Position numbers and translations under genes: made by a program. A model generated the notes under the pieces. The model was not told the DNA's origin and did no database searches. It saw only the letters and a program-made list of their open reading frames with translations. A stretch of 64,000 nt of DNA from an uncultured Candidatus Saccharibacteria bacterium (GTDB taxonomy: Bacteria; Patescibacteriota; Saccharimonadia; Saccharimonadales; AWTP1-31). The stretch is taken from NCBI GenBank assembly GCA_964615565.1, contig CAZTPC010000003.1, positions 68 through 64,067 of the forward strand, read 5' to 3'. Position 1 is the first letter of the stretch; each line of letters begins with the position of its first letter. Below, piece after piece: positions 36,619-44,671 of this stretch.

Positions 36619-39490
36619 CTAGTTTACCTGGGACAAAGATTTCTTTCTTGATTTCTTTTCCATCCAGGAAAGTAGCTACATGTTCATCCGACTTGGCAGC
36701 CGTAATAGCGTCTTCTTTACTAATGTCAGCTGCCACTTGCAGCTGAGCGCGTACCTTGCCGTTTACTTGGACTACAAGGGTAATTGTTTCATCAATCAGG
36801 TATTGATCTTCCCAAACTGGCCAGTGGTCTCGGTGGATTGAATCACTGTGACCCATCTGCTGCCATAGCTCATCGCTAATGTGCGGCGCGAATGGTGCAA
36901 TCATCATAGTTACGAACTCGAGAGCCTGCTTCCATGCGTCTGAAGTACCAAACGGTAACTCAGTCTTAGCTAGGTAGAGCTTGTTTACGGCCTCCATACT
37001 TGCAGCAATAGCAGTATTGAAGCGGTTCTCTTCGATGTCTTCGGTAACCTTTCGAGCAGCTTTGTGGACAATTCCAAGCAGTTGCTTGGTTTGTGAATTT
37101 GATAGCTCTACAGGCTCGGACTCGTTGTATTCTTGGGTAATATTCCAAAGTCGTGACAAGAATCGGTGAGCACCAGGTACACCTTGTTCATCCCATCGGG
37201 CACCAAACTCTAGTGGAGCGGCAAACATTAGGTAAGTGCGTAATGCATCAGCACCGTAACCCTGCTCGATAATCTTGAGAGGGTCCGGACCGTTACCTAA
37301 AGTCTTACTAAAAGCGCTACCGTCCGCTGCGGTGACCTTACCGTTGTATAGCATTTGCTTAAACGGTTCTGGATTATTAAGTAAACCAATCTTAGTAAAG
37401 AAGCGGGTGAGGAAGCGAGCGTAGAGCAAGTGAGCAGTGGCGTGATCGGCGCCGTTATAGAAGTCGACAGCCATCCACTTATTTGCTATCTCTGTGTCGA
37501 AAACTTTTGAAGAGTCGTGAGGCGCTAAGTAACGTAGCATATACCACGCACTATCTACATAGGTATCCATGGTGTCGGTTTCTCTTTCGGCTGGGCCATC
37601 ACAATTCGGACAAGTAGTCACTAACCAGTCTTTGGCTCGCGCTAAAGCACTACGACCATCACCACTTGGCTTAAAGTCGACCAGTTCCGGGAGAACTACT
37701 GGCAGATGTTCCTCGCCAAGCACAACCGGGCCACAATCAGGGCAGTTAACTACAGGGATTGGAGCTCCCCAGTAACGCTGACGACTGATACTCCAGTCGC
37801 GCATGCGATAGTTAATACGAACCGTAGCCAACTTCTTTTTTTCTAGATCGGCGACTATTTTCTCGCGTGCATCCGAGGTGCTCATGCGATTGTATTCACC
37901 CGATTCAATGAGTCGTCCTTCGCCACCATAGACGTAATCGCCTTCATTTACCCATTTAACGATATACTCAAGACCGCCTACGGGGCCAAGCTTGGCTAGA
38001 TCCTGTTTATCCACCCAGACAAGCTCGAAATCTTCGTGTGATTCACGCTTAGTATCGACAGTTTTGTCAGACTTTAGTTCGAACTGCAGTACATCAACAC
38101 GAATGTCGCGGTTCACGTCTTTGTGGGCGGCATAGAATACTGAATTAAGTGCAAACGGCATACGGCCAGTGAATTCTAGATCTACCAGTCCGGTTTCTTC
38201 ACGGATTTCACGAAGTGCAGCGTCGACAAGGTCTTCACCCTCGTCGATACCACCCATTACCAAAGTCTGCCAATCGTGTTTGCGCCATTTAAGCGTAGCG
38301 TATTTACCTTCTTTATTCTTAATCACGCAGATAGCGGTGTTGCGTTCGGTGTTCTTCTTGCCTTCCTTCGGCGGATTGTCATCATCAAAAGTGTAGGCCT
38401 CGACAACTTCGATAATAGGCAGTTCAAACTTCTTGGCGAACTGAAAGTCACGATCATCATGACCAGGTACAGCCATGATGGCACCCGTGCCGTATCCGGA
38501 TAGGACATAGTCAGCAATATAGATAGGAATTTCCTCGTTATTTACGGGGTTAATCGCGTAGGAGCCAATAAATACACCGGTCTTCTCTTTACTTGCCTGG
38601 CGCTCAACTTCGGTTTTTTTGGCAGTTTCTTTAACATAAGCCTCAACTTCATCCTTTTTGTCAGCTGCAGATAACTCTTTAACAAGAGAGTGGTCTGGAG
38701 CTAAGACCATGAAAGTAACGCCAAACAAGGTGTCTGGCCGAGTAGTAAACACTGTAAGCGATTCTTTAGATCCCTTAATTGCAAATTGCACTTCGGCGCC
38801 CTGGCTGCGGCCGATCCAGTTCTTCTGAGCTAACTTGACACTCTCAGTCCAGTCAAGCTCGTCGGTTGCCTCGAGTAATTCGTCTGCGTAATCTGTAATT
38901 TTGAAGAACCACTGTTTGACTTCTTTCTTCTCTACCTGCAGGTCATCTTTACCGTCATGACGCCAGCATTTGCCATCGATAACTTGCTCGTTTGCGAGTA
39001 CTGTCTGACATTTGGTACACCACCACTGCCAGCGACTATCTTGATAAGCAAGCCCATTCTCATGCATCTTGGTAAAGATCCACTGCGTCCATTTGTAGTA
39101 CTCTGGCTCACAGGTATTGATCTCTTTCTTCCAGTCGTCACTCCAACCCATGGCGCGGTATTTTATACGGTAGTCGGGGATAAGAACCCCCATACTCTCC
39201 TGGGGAGAAACACCGGCCTTGATGGCATAGTTTTCTGCTGGCAACCCAAATGAGTCCCAACCAACTGGATGATAGGCTTCGTAACCTTGTTGTCGCTTAA
39301 ATCGTGACTTAATATCACTGATTGTAAAGTTCATGGCATGCCCAACGTGCAAGTTGCCACTTGGGTAGTTAAACATCCCAAAAGCAAGATGTTTTGGCTT
39401 ATCGCTAGTAAGATCGGCCGTATAGACGTCTGTCTCTTGCCATATCTTTTGCCACTTTGGTTCAATCTCTTTTGGGTTATAGCGCTTCAT
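36602..39490 (-). CDS. leuS: Leucyl-tRNA synthetase carrying an inserted Nudix domain
   Basis: HIGH reads as HVGH. The CP1 editing motifs TTRPDTLFG and GTGAIMAVPGHDDRD are present, along with YRMRDWSISRQRYWGAPIP and the Zn knuckles. The KMSKS region reads AFSKTLGN. At 962 aa it is about 100-150 aa longer than usual. Confidence 0.95.
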   Translation of the reverse strand: MKRYNPKEIEPKWQKIWQETDVYTADLTSDKPKHLAFGMFNYPSGNLHVGHAMNFTISDIKSRFKRQQGYEAYHPVGWDSFGLPAENYAIKAGVSPQESMGVLIPDYRIKYRAMGWSDDWKKEINTCEPEYYKWTQWIFTKMHENGLAYQDSRWQWWCTKCQTVLANEQVIDGKCWRHDGKDDLQVEKKEVKQWFFKITDYADELLEATDELDWTESVKLAQKNWIGRSQGAEVQFAIKGSKESLTVFTTRPDTLFGVTFMVLAPDHSLVKELSAADKKDEVEAYVKETAKKTEVERQASKEKTGVFIGSYAINPVNNEEIPIYIADYVLSGYGTGAIMAVPGHDDRDFQFAKKFELPIIEVVEAYTFDDDNPPKEGKKNTERNTAICVIKNKEGKYATLKWRKHDWQTLVMGGIDEGEDLVDAALREIREETGLVDLEFTGRMPFALNSVFYAAHKDVNRDIRVDVLQFELKSDKTVDTKRESHEDFELVWVDKQDLAKLGPVGGLEYIVKWVNEGDYVYGGEGRLIESGEYNRMSTSDAREKIVADLEKKKLATVRINYRMRDWSISRQRYWGAPIPVVNCPDCGPVVLGEEHLPVVLPELVDFKPSGDGRSALARAKDWLVTTCPNCDGPAERETDTMDTYVDSAWYMLRYLAPHDSSKVFDTEIANKWMAVDFYNGADHATAHLLYARFLTRFFTKIGLLNNPEPFKQMLYNGKVTAADGSAFSKTLGNGPDPLKIIEQGYGADALRTYLMFAAPLEFGARWDEQGVPGAHRFLSRLWNITQEYNESEPVELSNSQTKQLLGIVHKAARKVTEDIEENRFNTAIAASMEAVNKLYLAKTELPFGTSDAWKQALEFVTMMIAPFAPHISDELWQQMGHSDSIHRDHWPVWEDQYLIDETITLVVQVNGKVRAQLQVAADISKEDAITAAKSDEHVATFLDGKEIKKEIFVPGKLVNLVV
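37931..38398 (-). other. In-frame Nudix-hydrolase domain inserted in LeuRS (aa ~365-520; Nudix box 38186-38254)
   Basis: GGIDEGEDLVDAALREIREETGL satisfies Gx5Ex7REUxEExGU exactly. It is flanked by the LeuRS segments FELPIIEVVEA and YGGEGRLIESGEYN. Confidence 0.8.
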
Positions 39491-39510
39491 AAGGGGTAAT
39501 TATACCAGCT

Positions 39511-40278
39511 CTAAGCTGTTAGAGCGAAGTAGTCTGGATTAGGTGCCATGTGCAACACCGAATACGGTTTGCCAGGAAACTCAAGGACTACATTGAGCAA
39601 TCCTTGGTCATGCAATATCCGAGCAGCATCGAGCGCAGCCTCCATGATTCGCTGGTCGTATTCGTCTGCATATTTGCCAACAAACGTTTGCTCAAGGTAA
39701 CCATCGCGGCTAATACGTTGTCTCATAGATTCACCCGCATTAATCCTGTCTTGCCTTGCACCCGGATCGGTACACGAAACCCAACTTCCGTCAGGTTGTT
39801 GTACGTAATAACCGGAGTCATCAAAGTCAAAAGCTACACCGGCCATGTGCTTACTCTTAGGAGAGGCGAACCGCCCTTGCCGAACGAGTTCATTCTGATA
39901 ATCCTCCGATCGCGTCATAGAAGTCATAGCCAAACGCAGTTCAGGCCTATCGATCCCATACTCTTCGGTTAGGACTTTTCTCCACAATCTCCCGTAGTCG
40001 TGTGCTGCGACCACGGAATGGAGCGCTAGGACTGGCCAGCAGCCTGGATACTCCAGATCAAACCGTGGGAGTCGTCGAATATTGTCATCGTTAACAAACT
40101 CCACTAATTCATCGTTAAAGATTGCAGTTGCAATATCGTATGGAGTCCGATACTTTACTGCGCCTTCGTACCACTCGGTTTCTCGAGCAAGTGCGTCAAC
40201 TAACTCCTGGTTATTAGCTGCCTGACCAAGAGGTGCGATACTGGCGAATAGTTCAATCTCTGCTGTGGCAGTGGGCAT
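39511..40278 (-). CDS. Hypothetical protein, possible LAS/M15-type (VanY-like) D-Ala-D-Ala peptidase
   Basis: SKHMAGVAFDFD fits the SxHxxGxAxD zinc motif of peptidase M15. A distal His lies in SVLHMAP. It is adjacent to ddl and murF. Confidence 0.35.
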   Translation of the reverse strand: MPTATAEIELFASIAPLGQAANNQELVDALARETEWYEGAVKYRTPYDIATAIFNDELVEFVNDDNIRRLPRFDLEYPGCWPVLALHSVVAAHDYGRLWRKVLTEEYGIDRPELRLAMTSMTRSEDYQNELVRQGRFASPKSKHMAGVAFDFDDSGYYVQQPDGSWVSCTDPGARQDRINAGESMRQRISRDGYLEQTFVGKYADEYDQRIMEAALDAARILHDQGLLNVVLEFPGKPYSVLHMAPNPDYFALTA

Positions 40279-40279
40279 A

Positions 40280-41455
40280 TTAAAACTGTTTTAGGAAGTT
40301 TGTAGAAAAGGAAGTCTGTCGGGCTGAATCGCGGGTGTGCCGGGCAATACCAAAGTCGATCATCTTATCGACCAGATCAACGGCAGAATACCCTTTAGCT
40401 CTCCAGTTATGCGCGTACAAGCTACCTGGTAATGGGTTAACTTCGTTGAACATAACCTTCTTGGTTTTGCCGTCGATAAGCATATCGACACGAGCCATAC
40501 CTTCGGCACCAATTGCTTTATAGACAGCAAGCCCCATTTGTTCGGCCTTATCGTATACGTCTTTCGGTAGCTCCGCTGGGATCTTGCTATAGCCCTGGGC
40601 ACCTTGTTTGGCACCGGCGGACATTTTCTTGCCACCTTTCTTGCCACCGTTACCCATATACTTGGTCTCGAAGTCAAAGAAATCATCAGCGTTGAGGAGT
40701 GGTTGTTCTAGATATGCTGGGATTGGCTGCTCGTTGCCGATAATTGGCAGCGTAACTTCAATAAGGTTTGGTACTGCCTCTTCTACAATAACCTTGTTGT
40801 CATAGTGAGCGGCGACTTCGAGGGCGTTATTAAGATTCTCTGGCTTATCTACTTTAGTAATACCAATACTCGAGCCTAGTCGTGCTGGCTTAACAAATAA
40901 TGGGTACGTAAGGGTATTAATCCGCTTTATTACTTCGGAGTGCTTCTGAAGAAGCTCATGTGAATAGAACCAAACCCAGGGTGTGGTTGCTATGCCTTCG
41001 CTAGCTGTAACTTGCTTACAAAGTACCTTATCCATGGCAACCGCACTGGCGGCGACACCACATCCAACATATGGCACATTAGCCATCTCGAAGATGCCCA
41101 TTAGTTCACCATCTTCACCATGTGTGCCGTGCATAGCAGTAAAAGCAATATCAATCTTCTTGTACTGCTTACGCCCAGCAAATTGGCTGGACTTCACAAG
41201 TGTTAGCCCATTATCGAACAGAATGTGTGTCTTAGGTGCTTTGGTCATAAAGTCTTCTATCTCACCAGATTGAAACAGACTAATATCTTTGAGTTTTTGA
41301 TCCCAAAACCAAGAGCCGTCTTTTGCAATGTAGACCGGTTCTACATGATATTTCTTGCTTAGCTCAAGCGGCTTAATGATGCTGGCTATTGCCGTAACAA
41401 TAGACACATCGTGTTCGGCCGAGCGGCCTCCAAAAAATACTGCAACTGTCTTCAT
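40280..41455 (-). CDS. ddl: D-alanine--D-alanine ligase (long form with a Gly/Lys-rich loop insertion)
   Basis: MKTVAVFFGGRSAEHDVS, HGTHGEDGELMG, the ATP-grasp core, FFDFETKY and EVNPLPG are present. Confidence 0.9.
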   Translation of the reverse strand: MKTVAVFFGGRSAEHDVSIVTAIASIIKPLELSKKYHVEPVYIAKDGSWFWDQKLKDISLFQSGEIEDFMTKAPKTHILFDNGLTLVKSSQFAGRKQYKKIDIAFTAMHGTHGEDGELMGIFEMANVPYVGCGVAASAVAMDKVLCKQVTASEGIATTPWVWFYSHELLQKHSEVIKRINTLTYPLFVKPARLGSSIGITKVDKPENLNNALEVAAHYDNKVIVEEAVPNLIEVTLPIIGNEQPIPAYLEQPLLNADDFFDFETKYMGNGGKKGGKKMSAGAKQGAQGYSKIPAELPKDVYDKAEQMGLAVYKAIGAEGMARVDMLIDGKTKKVMFNEVNPLPGSLYAHNWRAKGYSAVDLVDKMIDFGIARHTRDSARQTSFSTNFLKQF

Positions 41456-41530
41456 ACAACTCCTTATTTGGGACGTTAATACACTGAGTATAGCATCGTC
41501 ATTACAATTAGTACATACAATTAATGCAGT

Positions 41531-42973
41531 TTAATTGTAATTGTCCGTCCAGTCGTTCTGCATCAGCAGTACGTCACCAACAGCAATAACCTGACTCATG
41601 TTAGTGTAAAAGTTCAGTGGATCGTCTTCAATAATTAGTTCGCCTTTGTAGGCGTGTTGGTCCATACCGGTCTGAATCCAATCGGTGACGGAGTTCTTCA
41701 TGAGTACAACCTTGTCAGGGTTAGCTTGGGCGATTAAGCGACCGACTTCTTTGTGCACTCGTTCTGACTCCGTACCTTGGTCTACCAGACCTGGCGTGAC
41801 ATAGATCTTCCGTTTAGCCTTGAGTTCAGTTAATAGCGCTAGGCCGGCACGTAGCCCCTCGAGATTGCCGTTGTAACTGTCGTCAATAATCCAACCGCCG
41901 GCTAGCATGCGAGGCTGCATACGGTGCTCAAATGGCTTAGTATTGGCAACGCCAGCTTTGATCTGCTCATCTGTAAGTCCAGCGTCGGCGGCAATTGCAA
42001 CTACCATGGCCAACGTGCCGACAAGATGACGGCCAACAAGCTGCGTTTTTAGGGACAACTTTCGTTTTCCATGCGTCATAGTAAATGACATACCATCAAC
42101 TTCAACCTTGATGCGACTTACCTTCCAGCCAAGCACACCATCAATGTTGTAAGAAATAAATGAACGATTAATGTAGGCTAACGCATCCGGGGATTCCTGG
42201 TTAACAAACACCTGTTTTACGGTCTTGCCGTCAGCTACAGAGAAAATGTCCTTGGCAGCTTGGTCGAGCGATTTGTATTTGTCTAGGTGAGCTGGAGCAA
42301 TACCAGTTATAACTGCAATATCCGGCTCAGTAGTTGCAGTAAATCTTGCCACGTCACCTGGCTCACCCTCGCCGTATTCAATTACCACCACCTCTTCGTT
42401 GCCGGACAGCTTACGAGCAAATGCTGCATGCGAGCTGGCCACGTTCTTGTTTGCTGGCGTAGCAGCAACCTTCTTACCCTCGGAAAGCACAGTAAGTAGC
42501 AGCTCTTTTGCCGTAGTCTTGCCATAGCTACCTGCTACAGCAATAACGATCCCAGGGTGTTCTTTAAAGATCTTGCCTGAGGCCTTAATGAGCTTCTTTT
42601 GTTTTGGTGCAACAATGAGTTTTCGAGCGAAGATCATAGGGAGCAAAATCACATGACCCCAGATAATTGGGTAGCTTAAGAACACAAATCCTGCGATAAG
42701 CAGTTGTTGGTTAGAGCTGTTTTGCCATCCGTTATAAGCTAAGAAACCTGCAAGGATAATCTGTAGTGCAATACCGATTCGAAGTGCTAATAACAATAAT
42801 CGCGCAGCTTTGGTTAACTCAAGCGTGCGGCGCTTTGCGACAGACTTATACCTAAAGTCGAGTGCTCGCCAGTACCAACCTAGGTATGCTTTTGTGTCGT
42901 ACTCAGTAGACTGGAGCATATATATAAGAGACTTGGCATAGCTGGGTGCAAACGGAGTTAGTAAACCAAACAC
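41531..42973 (-). CDS. murF: MurF-like Mur ligase with an N-terminal transmembrane module
   Basis: The P-loop AVAGSYGKTT, IIDDSYNGN and the TPGLVDQG...HKEVG C-terminal domain are present. The first 135 aa or so contain 2-3 hydrophobic helices instead of the usual N-terminal domain. Confidence 0.7.
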   Translation of the reverse strand: MFGLLTPFAPSYAKSLIYMLQSTEYDTKAYLGWYWRALDFRYKSVAKRRTLELTKAARLLLLALRIGIALQIILAGFLAYNGWQNSSNQQLLIAGFVFLSYPIIWGHVILLPMIFARKLIVAPKQKKLIKASGKIFKEHPGIVIAVAGSYGKTTAKELLLTVLSEGKKVAATPANKNVASSHAAFARKLSGNEEVVVIEYGEGEPGDVARFTATTEPDIAVITGIAPAHLDKYKSLDQAAKDIFSVADGKTVKQVFVNQESPDALAYINRSFISYNIDGVLGWKVSRIKVEVDGMSFTMTHGKRKLSLKTQLVGRHLVGTLAMVVAIAADAGLTDEQIKAGVANTKPFEHRMQPRMLAGGWIIDDSYNGNLEGLRAGLALLTELKAKRKIYVTPGLVDQGTESERVHKEVGRLIAQANPDKVVLMKNSVTDWIQTGMDQHAYKGELIIEDDPLNFYTNMSQVIAVGDVLLMQNDWTDNYN

Positions 42974-43716
42974 TATAAGAACTCCTTAATGTGCTTATAC
43001 ACTTCTTCAGTGTTTTCGGTTGGCAGCCAGTGTTCTCCGTCCGGGATAACGACCATGGTTGATCCACTGATGGCTTTGTGGAGAATTTGGCCAAACTTCA
43101 AAGGAGTTGATACGTCTTTGTCGCCGTATATAAGGAGGGTTGGAACACTCACCTCCACTGCTTCTTTACGAACATCGTCGGTCACAACTCTTTTGAAAGT
43201 CTCTTGTAGGTGTTCGGCAACTAGCATATCCGACCCAACTGTGGTGTATAACTTTCGCCTAAGACGTTTCTTGATGTGGGCCGGCAGCGGATAGGTAGCA
43301 AGCTTGGCAGTCTTGGTGGCATATCGGAGCAACCGCATGCGGCCTTTGTATTCACCTCTAATGCCTGCAGACGCTACAAGGATCAACTTGCCAGTCTTTA
43401 GCCCCTTAGATAGTGCGCGGATAGCTATAGAACCACCGGTAGAGTGCCCAATTACGACTACTGGCTTCACATTTGCATTCAGAAGGAACTGCCGGATAAG
43501 GTCGGCGTAATCATCGAGGCCCCAGACAGCGTCTGGAGCTTGAGTACCTCCAAAACCAGGTAAATCTACAGCCGTGACACGGAATGAGGCGGACAATAAC
43601 TTCGCTAGTGGAGCCATACTCTTACTGGTGTCACCCCACCCATGCAAGATTAATACATCTTTACCATTACCAGTTTGAGAGAAGGTGGTCATCAGATTAT
43701 CAACAACTGCCTGCAT
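42973..43716 (-). CDS. Alpha/beta hydrolase
   Basis: VLILHGWG and the nucleophile elbow GHSTGG are present, with a C-terminal DGEHWL. Confidence 0.75.
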   Translation of the reverse strand: MQAVVDNLMTTFSQTGNGKDVLILHGWGDTSKSMAPLAKLLSASFRVTAVDLPGFGGTQAPDAVWGLDDYADLIRQFLLNANVKPVVVIGHSTGGSIAIRALSKGLKTGKLILVASAGIRGEYKGRMRLLRYATKTAKLATYPLPAHIKKRLRRKLYTTVGSDMLVAEHLQETFKRVVTDDVRKEAVEVSVPTLLIYGDKDVSTPLKFGQILHKAISGSTMVVIPDGEHWLPTENTEEVYKHIKEFL

Positions 43717-43724
43717 ACGCCCGC

Positions 43725-44621
43725 CTACTGAACCGCTTGGATTTTTTGCTGTAAGTCGCTAAATGGAATAGTCTTTTCTGGGACTTCTACAGCTTGGTTG
43801 ATACCGTAAGCGCTGTAGACTTCTTTTTGTTGTCCGTAGTTTACTTCGATAATCTGTCGAGATAATTTATCGACAACAATAGTGATGTTCACATCTGGCT
43901 GATCTTTGTACTGCGCAGGATCAAGAGTCTCGAAGCCACCGATGCCTGCAGACTTGGTGATCTCCTTGAGCATCTCAATGTACTTAGCAGGATTGACAGC
44001 TACAGAGAAGTCGATAGCTGATTTACCATTGATCTTCTTAGGTTTTGTGGAGGCATAGTTCACTTTGTAGACGCCCTTTGAGTTAATCAAGCTAATTATC
44101 TTCGAGCGATCAGTGGCGCTTAAGTTAGCGAATGGCACAAGACCTTGCATAGCCTGAGACAAATATTGTGGCTCACCATCTGAAAGACTGGACTTACCCC
44201 AGATACCTTCAACTGATTTATATGGTGAGTTAGCTGTCTTGGCACCCACATTAATCTTTAAATACTTGCTATAGTCAGCGGCCTGGGTGCCGATGGTCTC
44301 AGTCTCGACTGTCGCTTGACCGGTCTGAGAGGGTTGAACAAGCTTAATGTATGTCCTGGTCGCTATAGGCTGTAAAAAGTTTAGTTGCTCGATTCGCTCA
44401 AAGCCTTGCTGATCCGAAGAGGTGCTCGTCCGGGTAACGCTTGAGGTTGAGAGGTTGTTACGAAGCATGCCTTCGAATACACGCCTTGGGCTGTTATAGA
44501 TCTTGGTCCACCACAGCCCACCGAAGACAATAAACAATATTAGACCGATGATTATGAGAACCGCTGGAGTATTGGTAACGATGAATGGTTTTGCTTCTGT
44601 CGCTTCGGTCTTTTTTGGCAT
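43725..44621 (-). CDS. Hypothetical membrane-anchored protein
   Basis: The ATG at 44621 (MPKKTEA) is preceded by TACAAT (44633-44628) plus 6 nt. It has a single N-terminal TM helix. Confidence 0.5.
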   Translation of the reverse strand: MPKKTEATEAKPFIVTNTPAVLIIIGLILFIVFGGLWWTKIYNSPRRVFEGMLRNNLSTSSVTRTSTSSDQQGFERIEQLNFLQPIATRTYIKLVQPSQTGQATVETETIGTQAADYSKYLKINVGAKTANSPYKSVEGIWGKSSLSDGEPQYLSQAMQGLVPFANLSATDRSKIISLINSKGVYKVNYASTKPKKINGKSAIDFSVAVNPAKYIEMLKEITKSAGIGGFETLDPAQYKDQPDVNITIVVDKLSRQIIEVNYGQQKEVYSAYGINQAVEVPEKTIPFSDLQQKIQAVQ

Positions 44622-44627
44622 AGCTCT

Positions 44628-44633
44628 ATTGTA
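44628..44633 (-). promoter_or_regulatory. -10 element TACAAT, 6 nt upstream of the ATG at 44621 (leaderless-type)
   Basis: The minus strand reads TACAAT-AGAGCT-ATG. Confidence 0.35.
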
Positions 44634-44671
44634 CCGTACGTCGCTCGTAAACAAAGCGTAAGCTGGCTAGA

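Noticed and set aside
39491-39510. A T-box leader upstream of leuS
   Set aside because: Only 20 nt separate leuS from the upstream gene. That is far too short for a T-box riboswitch.
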